DNA of 64,000 bases from positions 6,529 to 70,528 of the forward strand of contig JAMQHL010000047.1 of NCBI GenBank assembly GCA_025993795.1. The letters run 5' to 3'. Under the pieces are notes generated by a model. That model ran no database searches. It saw only the letters and a list, made by a program, of their open reading frames with translations, and was not told the DNA's origin. Every line of letters starts with the position of its first letter. Position 1 is the first letter of the stretch. This document shows positions 50,120-58,953 of the stretch, piece by piece. The DNA is from Planctomycetota bacterium (lineage in GTDB: Bacteria; Planctomycetota; UBA8742; UBA2392). The translations under genes were made by a program, and so were the position numbers.

Positions 50120-50530
50120 ATGCCCTTCGACACCCAGGTGCGCGTACGCTACGCCGAAACCGACCAGATGGGCGTGGTGTACCACAGCAATTACCTGGTG
50201 TACTTCGAGATTGGCCGCACTGAGGCCATGCGCCGGATCGGCATTACGTATGCCGACCTGGAGAAGCGGGGATACGTGCTTGCGGTTGTAGAGACCGGAT
50301 GCAGGCACCACGCCACCGCCACGTACGACGATGAGTTGACAGTTCGTACCTGGCTGCGCGATGTCACCAAGACCCGACTCCGCTTCGAATATGCAGTGTT
50401 GAAGGATGACAGGGTTTTGACCACCGGTTTCACTGTGCTTGCATTTCTGGGACGTGCCAACGGCATGCGCCCTGTCCGCTGTCCTGAAGATGTGGAGAAG
50501 CTCGCGAAGCCGTCCGTCGAGCCCGCCTGA
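50120..50530 (+). CDS. YbgC/4HBT-family acyl-CoA thioesterase
   Basis: VRVRYAETDQMGVVYHSNYLVYFEIGRTEAMR matches the hot-dog fold thioesterase N-terminal signature (v.v.Y.dtD.mG.V.h..Yl.yfE.aR.e.lr). Confidence 0.75.
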   Translation: MPFDTQVRVRYAETDQMGVVYHSNYLVYFEIGRTEAMRRIGITYADLEKRGYVLAVVETGCRHHATATYDDELTVRTWLRDVTKTRLRFEYAVLKDDRVLTTGFTVLAFLGRANGMRPVRCPEDVEKLAKPSVEPA

Positions 50531-50628
50531 CGCCGGCGCTCGGCCAGCCTACTGACTGCCCGACAGAAGAGCCATTTCAGACAGCCATGAGTACCTCGGG
50601 CCCGGACCAAGGCGACCAGTCCCGGATG

Positions 50629-51948
50629 TCACTTGCCAATGCAGAATCGACTGAAAATCAGGTCCAGCACTTCGCCCGGCGCTTGGCTTAGCAGGGCTTG
50701 ATCGAGCAGTGCCAATGCCCGCCGTACGTCTGAGGCAGCCACTTCAGGTGGAACGGCGGGTTCTGCATTGGCAGCTGTCAGCAGATCCAGCGCTTCTCGT
50801 GCTTTGCGGCGTAGCAGGCTGGTGGCGCCGCCAGTCGCACGCTCGGCAAGCCGCATTGCCAGCCTGAATTGCAGGTCACTTACTCCGGCCCCGCTTGCCG
50901 CCGACACTCGCTGCTCCGGCAAGCCACAGGGATTTGCCGGTGACTCGCCCCCGAGGTCTGCCATGCTGTGAACCCAGAATGTTCGCGAAGGCAGTGCTGA
51001 GTCCCGGCCAGCCAGTACCGTGAGTTCACGGGCGCAGTCGGCAACCTGTCCGGGTGCACAGACCAGCAGAAGAACGTCACTGGTGACGGCGCGCTGACGG
51101 GCAGATTCAGAAAAGCGGCCGGAGTCGGCATCCCGTTCTCCGACACCGCAGAGGTCCACCAATGTGCAGCGATTGCTGCCGAACATCACGGCTGTTTCCA
51201 CGGCGTCGCGCGTTGTGCCCGGTGTATCGCTGACCAGCGAGCGCGTCTGTTGTGCGAGTGCGTTGAACAGGCTGCTCTTGCCGGCATTGGGCGGCCCGAA
51301 AAGGGCAATGGTCGGGACCTCGCGCTGCACACGGCTCTGTTCTGAGCCCAGCAGGTCGCGAAGTTCCGCGGTCAGCAGCCTCACGTCGTGGAACAGACGG
51401 TCTTCGTCTGCCGGGGCGTGCTCTTCTTCGCTGAAATCAAAACTCATCTCGAACCGCGCGCTGACCTCACGCAGTTCTTCGGTCAGTGCGGCCATCCGGC
51501 GCGCAGACTCTCCTGTCAGGTCAGCAAGGGCACGCCTTCGCGATTCGTCATCTGAGGCTGTGACCAGCGCCAGCGTGGCCTCGGCCTGCGTAAGGCTCAG
51601 CTTGCCGGCCTCAACTGACAAGCGCGTGAATCGGCCCGGCTCCGCGTCCCGGCAACCGGCATCGCGCAGGCGCTGCTCAAGATCGCGCACGATCTCAAGA
51701 TGGCCGGGCACCAGCACTTCCAGTGTGTCCTCGCCGGTAAGTGTATTCGGGGCCGGCAGCATCCATACGATGCAGGGCACCGGACCAACGGGCAGATCGA
51801 TCGAGCCTCGCGCACAGCAGCGTTGCCACTTCCTGTTGGTGAATATCGGCGCAAGGGCCGGTGCGTCCGGGCCGCTGACGCGCAACATGGCGGCAAGGCA
51901 AGCCATTGGGGGGGTCGCCAGGGCGAACATCGTTTGACGGCTGGTCAT
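50629..51948 (-). CDS. mnmE: tRNA modification GTPase MnmE (TrmE)
   Basis: G-domain G1 GPPNAGKSSLFNAL, G2 TPGTTRD, G3 DLCG, and the C-terminal ...FSRFCIGK (CxGK tail). Downstream of yidC, as in the conserved yidC-mnmE arrangement. Confidence 0.85.
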   Translation of the reverse strand: MTSRQTMFALATPPMACLAAMLRVSGPDAPALAPIFTNRKWQRCCARGSIDLPVGPVPCIVWMLPAPNTLTGEDTLEVLVPGHLEIVRDLEQRLRDAGCRDAEPGRFTRLSVEAGKLSLTQAEATLALVTASDDESRRRALADLTGESARRMAALTEELREVSARFEMSFDFSEEEHAPADEDRLFHDVRLLTAELRDLLGSEQSRVQREVPTIALFGPPNAGKSSLFNALAQQTRSLVSDTPGTTRDAVETAVMFGSNRCTLVDLCGVGERDADSGRFSESARQRAVTSDVLLLVCAPGQVADCARELTVLAGRDSALPSRTFWVHSMADLGGESPANPCGLPEQRVSAASGAGVSDLQFRLAMRLAERATGGATSLLRRKAREALDLLTAANAEPAVPPEVAASDVRRALALLDQALLSQAPGEVLDLIFSRFCIGK

Positions 51949-51992
51949 GTCACGAGTCCGGCATCAGGCACGGCACGGCGGGTGCACAGGGA

Positions 51993-54041
51993 TCACTTCG
52001 AGCCGTGGTAGTCTGGCTTGTCGGTTTCTTTCACGGCTTCGCCCTTCTTGGGGGGCGGCGGCGTGATGCCCAGCTTGACCAGGTTGCGCTTGATCAGCCT
52101 GCTTTCGGCAATTGAGTACATGCTCGACACGATAAAGTAGAACGCGAACCCGCTGGCGTACCCGTAAAACATCAGGCCCATGATCGGAAAAATACAGCCC
52201 ATCTGCTTCTGCATTGCCGCCTGCTGCGGGTCGCTCGGCTTGGGCTGCATCTTGAATTGCAGGATGCTCAGCGCGATCCAGAGCATCGGCAGAATGTTGA
52301 TCGTAAGCCAACCGTTGTGGGCAAGAAAGCTGATCCAGCCCTCGCCAATGAATGTGCTGGCGGGGATTGTTGCATCGGGCAGGCTCAGATCATGGATACC
52401 CAGAAACTCGGCCTGGCGCAGAAAGAACGCCGCCCCGAACGCGCGGTACAACCCGATGAAAATGGGCAACTGAATCAGCATCGGAAGGCAGCCGCCGATG
52501 GGCAGCATTCCGACGTTCTGCTCTTTCATCGCTGCACGTGTTTCGGTCAGCATGCGCATCTGGCTGTCGCGGTCTGTCTTTTCTTTGTACTTCTCTTTGA
52601 TCGCGTCCATTTTTGGCTTCACGATCTTCATCTTCTGCGTGTAGACGGCCATTGCCTTCTGGCCGCGATAGCTCAGCGGGCTCAGCGCGCAGCGCACAAT
52701 CAGCGTCAGAAGAATGATCGCAAAGCCGGCGCCCACCAGGTTCGTCAGCAGGCGCAGAAACCAGATCAACGGGCTCGCAATCAGGTCAAAGAAACCGCTC
52801 GTGGCAAGCTCGGCCCACTGGGCGCCCAGATCTGCATCTTTGGGCGGCGCCAGAAGCCACGCCGCTGTCAATGCGTCGCGGTCGCGAGGGCCAACATAGA
52901 GGCGCATGCTGGTCGTTTGCTCCCCCGGCTTGCCGGCCTCAGCCGGCGGCACAGCCAACGGCGGACCGGTCAAGGAGATCGCGGCTGTTGTGCCGATGGG
53001 CAGAATCGCGCCGCTCCAGCGCTGGTCCCGCAGGTCCGGGTCCTGGGCGATGAAGGCCAGGAAATACTGAGTGCGCAGGCCGTGCGCGATCAGAAAGCGG
53101 TCGGGGTCTTCCACTTCGTCGAGGTCGCGGCTGGTGATCCACGCGTTGGTCTTTCCAAGTTCTTCGTTGCGTTCTCTGACGGCTTCTGCGAGTGCCGGGA
53201 CTGTGGGAGAGTCCTTGAGCTTGGTGAAGCGCTTGCTGTCGGTGCTTCCGTACAGCGCCACGCGGCTCCATTCGCCGGCAGTGCGCATACCGTCGTTGGT
53301 AATGCCTACAGGCCCCCAGATGCCGACGAACTTCTCGCGTACCTTGTCGCTGCGGTTCTCGACACGAACCTGCACGTCAAGCCGATAGGAGCCGGGATAG
53401 AGCGTGATTTTCTTGTACAGCACAGTGCCGTCTGACTCGGCATCGTGCTCAAAGCCCTTGGACGGCGGAAAACGGAAGGTCAGCGATTGAACGCCCTCGT
53501 CGCCGGTTTCATTCAGCGCCAGCTCCCAGCGCGAGGTGTTGCGAGCGCTATCGTTCGGGTCGATCAGAAGCGCGAACGGGGCAATATCAGGTGCCGCTTC
53601 TTCGGGCCGCAGAAGCTGGAGAGGCTCATTTGGCTCGACCGTCGGGTTGTCCGGCGTACGCCAGAAGACTACGTTGCCGTCAGCATCGATGAACGCCACC
53701 GAGTCCAGCACGGCGCCGCGGTCAGACACGGTGGCAGTCAGGCGGCTGTTGGCCAGCTTCCAGTGTTTTGCTTCGGCGCGCGGAATGGGCGCGAAGCCGT
53801 GTGCCCTGTCAGCCTCGGTGGCTTTCGAAGTACTGGCCGATGCGGGCCCGGTGCTTCTGATTTCAGGCGTCGGCTGATTGGCCGGCGGTGCGCTGGACTG
53901 GTTTGCAGGCGGTGAGTTGGACTGGTTTGCGGGCGGCACAGGCGGTGCGGACGGCGGAATGATCCATGCCTGGCACGCATAAAAGCCTGCCACGATCAGG
54001 ATGATCACGACGACCATCTGGATCATTTCTTTGCGTTGCAT
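51993..54041 (-). CDS. yidC: membrane protein insertase YidC with long periplasmic domain and Pro/Asn/Gln-rich N-terminal repeat
   Basis: N-terminal TM, then PPSAPPVPPANQSNSPPANQSSAPPANQPTPE, a large periplasmic β-rich domain, and the C-terminal 5-TM Oxa1/YidC core (…QKMKIVKPKMDAIKEKYKE…LPMLIQLPIFIGLY…GLMFYGYASGFAFYFIVSS). Confidence 0.8.
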   Translation of the reverse strand: MQRKEMIQMVVVIILIVAGFYACQAWIIPPSAPPVPPANQSNSPPANQSSAPPANQPTPEIRSTGPASASTSKATEADRAHGFAPIPRAEAKHWKLANSRLTATVSDRGAVLDSVAFIDADGNVVFWRTPDNPTVEPNEPLQLLRPEEAAPDIAPFALLIDPNDSARNTSRWELALNETGDEGVQSLTFRFPPSKGFEHDAESDGTVLYKKITLYPGSYRLDVQVRVENRSDKVREKFVGIWGPVGITNDGMRTAGEWSRVALYGSTDSKRFTKLKDSPTVPALAEAVRERNEELGKTNAWITSRDLDEVEDPDRFLIAHGLRTQYFLAFIAQDPDLRDQRWSGAILPIGTTAAISLTGPPLAVPPAEAGKPGEQTTSMRLYVGPRDRDALTAAWLLAPPKDADLGAQWAELATSGFFDLIASPLIWFLRLLTNLVGAGFAIILLTLIVRCALSPLSYRGQKAMAVYTQKMKIVKPKMDAIKEKYKEKTDRDSQMRMLTETRAAMKEQNVGMLPIGGCLPMLIQLPIFIGLYRAFGAAFFLRQAEFLGIHDLSLPDATIPASTFIGEGWISFLAHNGWLTINILPMLWIALSILQFKMQPKPSDPQQAAMQKQMGCIFPIMGLMFYGYASGFAFYFIVSSMYSIAESRLIKRNLVKLGITPPPPKKGEAVKETDKPDYHGSK

Positions 54042-54281
54042 GCGGTGCCTGCCTGAAAGCCGCCTGAAACCAGCCAGCGAAGGGCAACCCGTATAGACCA
54101 GCGCTTAAACCCCGTCAATGCAACGGCGCCCGGCAAATCGAAGGCTTTGTAGCGCGGATAGTTGTGACTTTGTCGTCCCCTGGCCGGTCTGGGTGTCATT
54201 CCGAATTGCGCCGCGGCTATTGCCGTTGTACGGGCCCCGGGTTTGCGCCATAACGCTGGTTTTCCTGGCAAGCAGGCCCTC

Positions 54282-55196
54282 ATGAAAACGCTTGACCTTT
54301 CGGTGCCGACAGACCCGCCGCTTGGGGCCACGCTGATGGTCCCGGACCGCCCTGTTGCCGCGGCGCTGGTGCACCAGGGCGGCGGAGTCCATGACCGTGA
54401 CGGAAACATGTCCGCCGTGGGGTTCAAGAGCAGCCTGTATCGGCGACTTGCGACTCTGCTTGGCGCCAGAAGCATCGCTACCCTGCGATTCGACAAGCGC
54501 GGCAGCGACAAGCCGGCGCGTTACCCGCACTCATACACTCTTCCTGACCGCGTAGACGACGCCAGGACGGCACTCCAGGCGCTTCGCGAGCATGAGTTGA
54601 CGGCGCGACTTCCGGTTTTCCTGATCGGCCACAGTGAAGGCGGCATGGTTGTCACCAAGCTTGCTGAAACTGAGGCCGTTGTCGGGGTTGTCGCCCTGTG
54701 TGCGCCCTTCGGGAACGTCTTTGAACTTGGGCGCTTTCGGGCCCAGCGGCTGATCAAAGAGGCTGCCGGTGCCCAGCGGGCCAAGGGCGAGAAGGTGCTG
54801 GAATACTACAGCCGCCTGGAAAGGTATTTTAACGAGGGCACGAAGCTGCCACCTGAGCAGTTCGTAGAGTTTGCCACGCCCTATCTGGGCGCTGGCTATA
54901 ACGGCTGGGAAAGTTTCGAGTGGCTGGCGGGCCTTTGGGCGGACTACCTGAAAGCTGACCCGTCAAAGCACGGCCGGCCAATGCTGGTGGTGCAGGGCGG
55001 GCGCGATGCGAGGCTGCACCCGAACAACGCGCGACATTGGCGTGAGTGGTGCGAGACCCGGCCGTTGGCCGAGTTTCACCTGATCGATCACCTGGGCCAC
55101 GACTTGAATGACGCACGCCAGAAGTTGTTTCGAGTGGACAACGAAATGATCGACCTGGTCGGCGGCTGGATCGAGCGGGCGTCCGCTATGCAATGA
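54282..55196 (+). CDS. alpha/beta-fold hydrolase
   Basis: Nucleophile elbow FLIGHSEGG, an acid in DYLKADPS..MLVVQGGRDARL, and a histidine near the C-terminus (HLIDHLGHD). Start at ATG 54282 (MKTLDL). Confidence 0.6.
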   Translation: MKTLDLSVPTDPPLGATLMVPDRPVAAALVHQGGGVHDRDGNMSAVGFKSSLYRRLATLLGARSIATLRFDKRGSDKPARYPHSYTLPDRVDDARTALQALREHELTARLPVFLIGHSEGGMVVTKLAETEAVVGVVALCAPFGNVFELGRFRAQRLIKEAAGAQRAKGEKVLEYYSRLERYFNEGTKLPPEQFVEFATPYLGAGYNGWESFEWLAGLWADYLKADPSKHGRPMLVVQGGRDARLHPNNARHWREWCETRPLAEFHLIDHLGHDLNDARQKLFRVDNEMIDLVGGWIERASAMQ

Positions 55197-55197
55197 A

Positions 55198-55222
55198 ACG
55201 CGCCGCAAGGTGGCGGCGCGTT
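55198..55222. terminator. hairpin between convergent hydrolase and kinase genes (aacgcgccgc-aaggtg-gcggcgcgtt)
   Basis: 10-bp perfect stem starting 2 nt after the hydrolase TGA, followed by tgaag. Confidence 0.4.
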
Positions 55223-55243
55223 TGAAGCCCGATCGCGAATGCA

Positions 55244-56313
55244 TCAGGTCGTTGCGTGCTGTTTGAACTCGGGAAACAGGTGCTGCAGGTAGTCGGCCAT
55301 GGTGTTGAACGTCGGCCCGTACCCGCCCTTGTAGATGTAGAACTCAAGGTCCGTGGCGGCCTCGCCGGCGTCCTGGTAGCGCTTGCCTTTGTCGCGCTCG
55401 AGCATGCGGTCGAGCACGCGCTGCAGGTCGTCATCGACGTTGGGGTTGTAGTGGCTGATGGGTGGAATCGGCTTCTTCTGCACGTTTTCAATGCAGATCA
55501 GTGTGTCGTCGTCGGCAAAGATGTTCCGACCGGCAAGCATTTCGTACAGCACAACGCCCAGTGAAAACACGTCGCTGCGCCCGTCTGTCTGCTCAAAGGC
55601 GGCCTGTTCCGGGCTCATGTACTGCACCTTGCCCATCAGCACGTCGCCTTCTTTATCCTTCATGATGTGGCGGGCCTTGGCGATGCCGAAGTCGGTCAGC
55701 TTCACCACACCCTCAGCTTCAATCATGATGTTCTTGGGGCTGATGTCACGATGCACAACGCCCAGCAACTCGCCCTGGCGGTTGCGCTTCTTGTGCGCGT
55801 ACTCAAGGGCACGGGCCACGCGGCTGGCGACATACACGCACAGCTCTGTGGGAATGCGCTTCTTGTACTGGTGGTGGCGGTCAATGAACTGTTCCAGGTT
55901 CACGCCGTGGATGAACTCCATGGCCATGTAGTACTGGCGGCCGACCTTGCCGAGCTGGTAGATCTGTACGATATGCTGGTGGATCAAGTCTGCTACCAGC
56001 TTGGCTTCGCCGATGAACATCTCGACGAACTCTTCGTTGGTAGAGAAGTCCTCAAGCACGGTCTTGATGGCCATGCGTTTCTCAAAGCCATCTGAGCCAA
56101 TCTGGATGGCCTCATAGACCGCACCCATGCCACCCTCGGCAAGCTTGCGGACAAGCTTGAAGGTGTTGGTGTCCTGGATCGTGGACAGCGATTCGATGTT
56201 ACGTTCTTGTTTCTTGAAGAGGCCCAAAGCCCGCTCCTTGGATATTGCCCTGCATGCCGAAGCCTGCGACTGAACAAGTGTTACAGTGGGCGGTACTATC
56301 GCAGACTGACCCC
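55244..56313 (-). CDS. Ser/Thr protein kinase (Hanks-type)
   Basis: Gly-loop KLAEGGMGAVYEA, AIK (VAIK-like: MAIKTV), HRDISPKN (catalytic loop), DFG (LTDFGIA), and SPEQ (APE-like). Start uncertain (TTG 56313 or TTG 56227). The ORF-track extension to 56935 overlaps lepB on the other strand and is rejected. Confidence 0.7.
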
Positions 56314-56338
56314 CGGGCTTCAAGACCCGCGTCCGATC

Positions 56339-56950
56339 ATGGCCCAGAACGCACAACTTGAACCGGCCCTTGCCCTTGAGCGAAATCGCAAGCGCGTCAA
56401 AGCCGCGCGGCGATGGATCAGGCGGCTTCGATTCGGGCTTGCCGCACTGCTGCTGCTTGTCGGCATTTACGCCCTGATGAGCTATAGCGTGTACACGCTT
56501 CCGGGTGAGTTCGACCCCAACAGCATCAAAGTGCAGTCCCCGATTGAGGACATCCAGCGGGGCGACACGGTGCTGCTGCTGAAACTGAACCTGTGGCGAG
56601 ACCCCAAGGTGGGGGACATTGTCCTTTACGACCACCCCAACCCGCGCGATGGCGTGCCCGAGGTGATGCTGGGTCGCATTGCCGGCTTGCCCGGCGAAGA
56701 GTTGCGGCGCGCGGGGCCCACGATGGCGATCGGCGGCCGGCCCCCGCAGTCTGTGGGGTTCGACATCGGCTCGCAGGCCACATTTCAGGACGGGCAGGTG
56801 ATACCCGCAGGCGAGTACCTGATCCTGATGGACACCGATGCGGTGAATTACGGCGACAGCCGCGATTTCGGCTTTATCGCCCGCGACGCGATCCGGCAAA
56901 AGGTCGCGCTGAACATGGCAGGGGTGCTGGGGCAAAGGGCGATGAAGTAG
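56339..56950 (+). CDS. lepB: signal peptidase I
   Basis: N-terminal TM (LRFGLAALLLLVGIYALMSYSVYT) and the SPase I region GDTVLLLKLNLW...GDIVLY. ATG at 56339 (MAQNAQ); the track start TTG 56207 is rejected. Catalytic Ser/Lys assignment is from pattern only. Confidence 0.6.
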   Translation: MAQNAQLEPALALERNRKRVKAARRWIRRLRFGLAALLLLVGIYALMSYSVYTLPGEFDPNSIKVQSPIEDIQRGDTVLLLKLNLWRDPKVGDIVLYDHPNPRDGVPEVMLGRIAGLPGEELRRAGPTMAIGGRPPQSVGFDIGSQATFQDGQVIPAGEYLILMDTDAVNYGDSRDFGFIARDAIRQKVALNMAGVLGQRAMK

Positions 56951-57029
56951 GTTGGCGGACTATGCAACCCGGTTGACGGGCATCGCACTTCGATCTGCAA
57001 ACTCTTTGATTTGCTGCTAACCTTCGCCA

Positions 57030-57755
57030 ATGCCTTTCACAAAATATGGTCTGCGTGAACTGTTTCTGTTCGGCTTTGCCATTCCTGGCGCGCTTTGGGT
57101 TGGCGTTTGGGCGTTGGCATGGTTCGTCCATCCGGCCCTGTGGGCTGTGGGGGTAATCCCGCTGTTCTTGACCGGGTTCAATCTCAACTTCTTTCGCGAC
57201 CCCGACCGGCCTTTGCCCGGCGACGAATTTACCGTCGTCAGCCCCGCCGACGGAACCGTGACCGACGTCGGCGAGAAACAGTTGGACGAGTACCTGAAAG
57301 GCAAGCACCAGGGCATCGGGATATTCCTTAGCGTGTTTGACGTGCACGTGAACCGCGCGCCCCTGGATGGCACGCTTGAGTACTCACGCCATCAGGATGG
57401 CGAATACCGCGATGCCCGCGACCCCGAGTGCAGCATCTTGAATGAGGCGCAGAATCTCGGCTTCAAGAGCAAGTGGGGGCCGCGCTACTATGTGCGGCAG
57501 ATCACCGGCTTGATAGCGCGGCGCATCGTGCTGGGAATCAAGGAAGGCGAGCAGGTGAAGCGCGGCGAGCGCTTCGGCATGCTGAAGTTTGGCAGCCGCA
57601 CGGAGCTGTACTTCGACAACGATTTTGAAGTTGAATGGAAAGTGAAGGTCGGAGACAAAGTCAAAGGCGGCGGCACAGTCATCGCCATCATAAAAGTACT
57701 AGCTGGCGTTTCAGCCAAGCCAGACGGCGAAACAGCCTTGGCCACCAAAACCTGA
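57030..57755 (+). CDS. psd: phosphatidylserine decarboxylase family proenzyme (short, archaeal/bacterial-type)
   Basis: Two N-terminal TMs, and C-terminal ...RGERFGMLKFGSRTELYF carrying the G-S (pyruvoyl-forming FGS) motif in the expected position. Size (241 aa) fits the short PSD family. Confidence 0.65.
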   Translation: MPFTKYGLRELFLFGFAIPGALWVGVWALAWFVHPALWAVGVIPLFLTGFNLNFFRDPDRPLPGDEFTVVSPADGTVTDVGEKQLDEYLKGKHQGIGIFLSVFDVHVNRAPLDGTLEYSRHQDGEYRDARDPECSILNEAQNLGFKSKWGPRYYVRQITGLIARRIVLGIKEGEQVKRGERFGMLKFGSRTELYFDNDFEVEWKVKVGDKVKGGGTVIAIIKVLAGVSAKPDGETALATKT

Positions 57756-57766
57756 GGGGAGATCCT

Positions 57767-58933
57767 ATGCGCACTGTCAGCCTGATGATTGCAGGTCTGC
57801 TTCTGTTCCAAGCCGGGTTCGTGGCACAAGAATCGCCTCCGTCGAAGCGAATGGTGCAGGTCGATTTTGAGGCGGCACAATTGGACGAAGTGTTTGCGCG
57901 CATGGCAAAGCAACTGGGGTACAAGGTGCTGCTCAGCAAATCGGTTGATCCGGACACGGAAGTGACGATGGTGCTCGGGGCAGTATCTCCTGAAGTTGCA
58001 TTCGCCTTGCTCGCACACGAACTGGATCTCGCAATCGAACTGCACAGCGATCGCAAATTGATTGAGGTAGATGAGGAAGGTGGCGGCTACACATTTTACG
58101 GGCCCTATACCTACGATATCACCAAGCTGAGTGCCTCGTTTTACGCAGCCAATGCCGTGCTGGGGCCGCCTCCGAAGCGTGACGCCGAACTGCCTCCGGC
58201 AAGAGAGTCCGATTGCATATCCGACCTGCGCACCGCAATGCATTGGGCTCTGGGCCTTGAGCCCCGGCACACTGCGGGAGTCGGTGACGCTGCGGCAACC
58301 TGTTGGACGAAATCGCGCGAGCGAGTGGAATTGGAAGAGCTGATCGGGTTGCTGTCTTCCGATGGCGGTGGTCAGAGCACATGGCTGAAACTGCAGTCCG
58401 AGACCTGGAAGAAGATGAAGGAATCCCAGATGGTACTGGCGGTACAGGCACAGACGCTGTCGGAAGTTGTCGCAGTGCTGTCAGAGAAATTGGCCGCTCC
58501 CTTTCTTATCAGCCGAGAACTTCTGTACAGCGAGACGGACACTTGCAGCCTGGACCTGCCGGAGCTGACTTTCTTAGACACTCTGAGAGTAGTGTGCCGT
58601 CAGTACCATGCTCGCCCCTTCTTGATAGGCAACGTCGTCTATCTGGTCCGCGATGATGACCATCTCTCCTCGTACCCTCAGATCGGCTACGCTGTGTACA
58701 ACGTGGCCCAGTTGATTGAAGACCTGAAGACCAAGTCCGCTGTGAAGTCGGACACGCTCGGCCGGGACCTTAGGCAACAAGTCATGGATCTACTGGAAAC
58801 GGCCATTCTCAACGGAGATGATAGCGATATAGGCCCTGTCGATTTTGGAACGAGAATCCTGGTCAGGGGTGACATGCAGGTACAGGAAATCGTGCAGAAA
58901 CAGTTGATCGCGCTGGGTTGGAAACCGAGCTAG
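57767..58933 (+). CDS. secreted protein, paralog A of a tandem triplicated family (secretin-N/STN-like N-terminal module; C-terminal ...IALGWKPS)
   Basis: Signal peptide MRTVSLMIAGLLLFQAGFVAQ. N-terminal VQVDFEAAQLDEVFARMAKQLGYKVLLSKSVDPDTEVTMVLGAVSPEVAFALLAHELDLAIELHSDRKLIEV fits the STN/secretin-N pattern (v..dl..a.L.evl..la...g..v........v.l.l..v....al..ll...gL.......v). Shares blocks with paralogs B and C (YDITKL; ELIGLLSSDGGG; ...LIALGWK). Real start ATG 57767; the track start 57635 overlaps psd. Confidence 0.55.
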   Translation: MRTVSLMIAGLLLFQAGFVAQESPPSKRMVQVDFEAAQLDEVFARMAKQLGYKVLLSKSVDPDTEVTMVLGAVSPEVAFALLAHELDLAIELHSDRKLIEVDEEGGGYTFYGPYTYDITKLSASFYAANAVLGPPPKRDAELPPARESDCISDLRTAMHWALGLEPRHTAGVGDAAATCWTKSRERVELEELIGLLSSDGGGQSTWLKLQSETWKKMKESQMVLAVQAQTLSEVVAVLSEKLAAPFLISRELLYSETDTCSLDLPELTFLDTLRVVCRQYHARPFLIGNVVYLVRDDDHLSSYPQIGYAVYNVAQLIEDLKTKSAVKSDTLGRDLRQQVMDLLETAILNGDDSDIGPVDFGTRILVRGDMQVQEIVQKQLIALGWKPS

Positions 58934-58953
58934 CGCGCCAGACGGGGATCCTT

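Noticed and set aside
52257-53435. 392-aa plus-strand ORF antisense to yidC
   Set aside because: yidC frame has the conserved insertase core. The antisense translation is Arg/Gln/Ala-rich without features.
54042-54242. Possible yidD-like small ORF upstream of yidC (ORF 54105-54530 −, 141 aa)
   Set aside because: Translation is Arg/Gly/Gln-rich with no TM or YidD Cys motif. Overlaps the divergent hydrolase gene region. Treated as noise.
56207-56338. TTG-initiated N-terminal extension of lepB from the ORF track
   Set aside because: The extension has no TM or signal character and overlaps the divergent kinase 5' end. The ATG at 56339 directly precedes the expected SPase I membrane anchor.
57635-57766. 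Extension of paralog A start into psd
   Set aside because: Translation (MESEGRRQSQRRRHSHRHHK…) is not signal-like and overlaps the psd 3' end. ATG 57767 begins a clear signal peptide.
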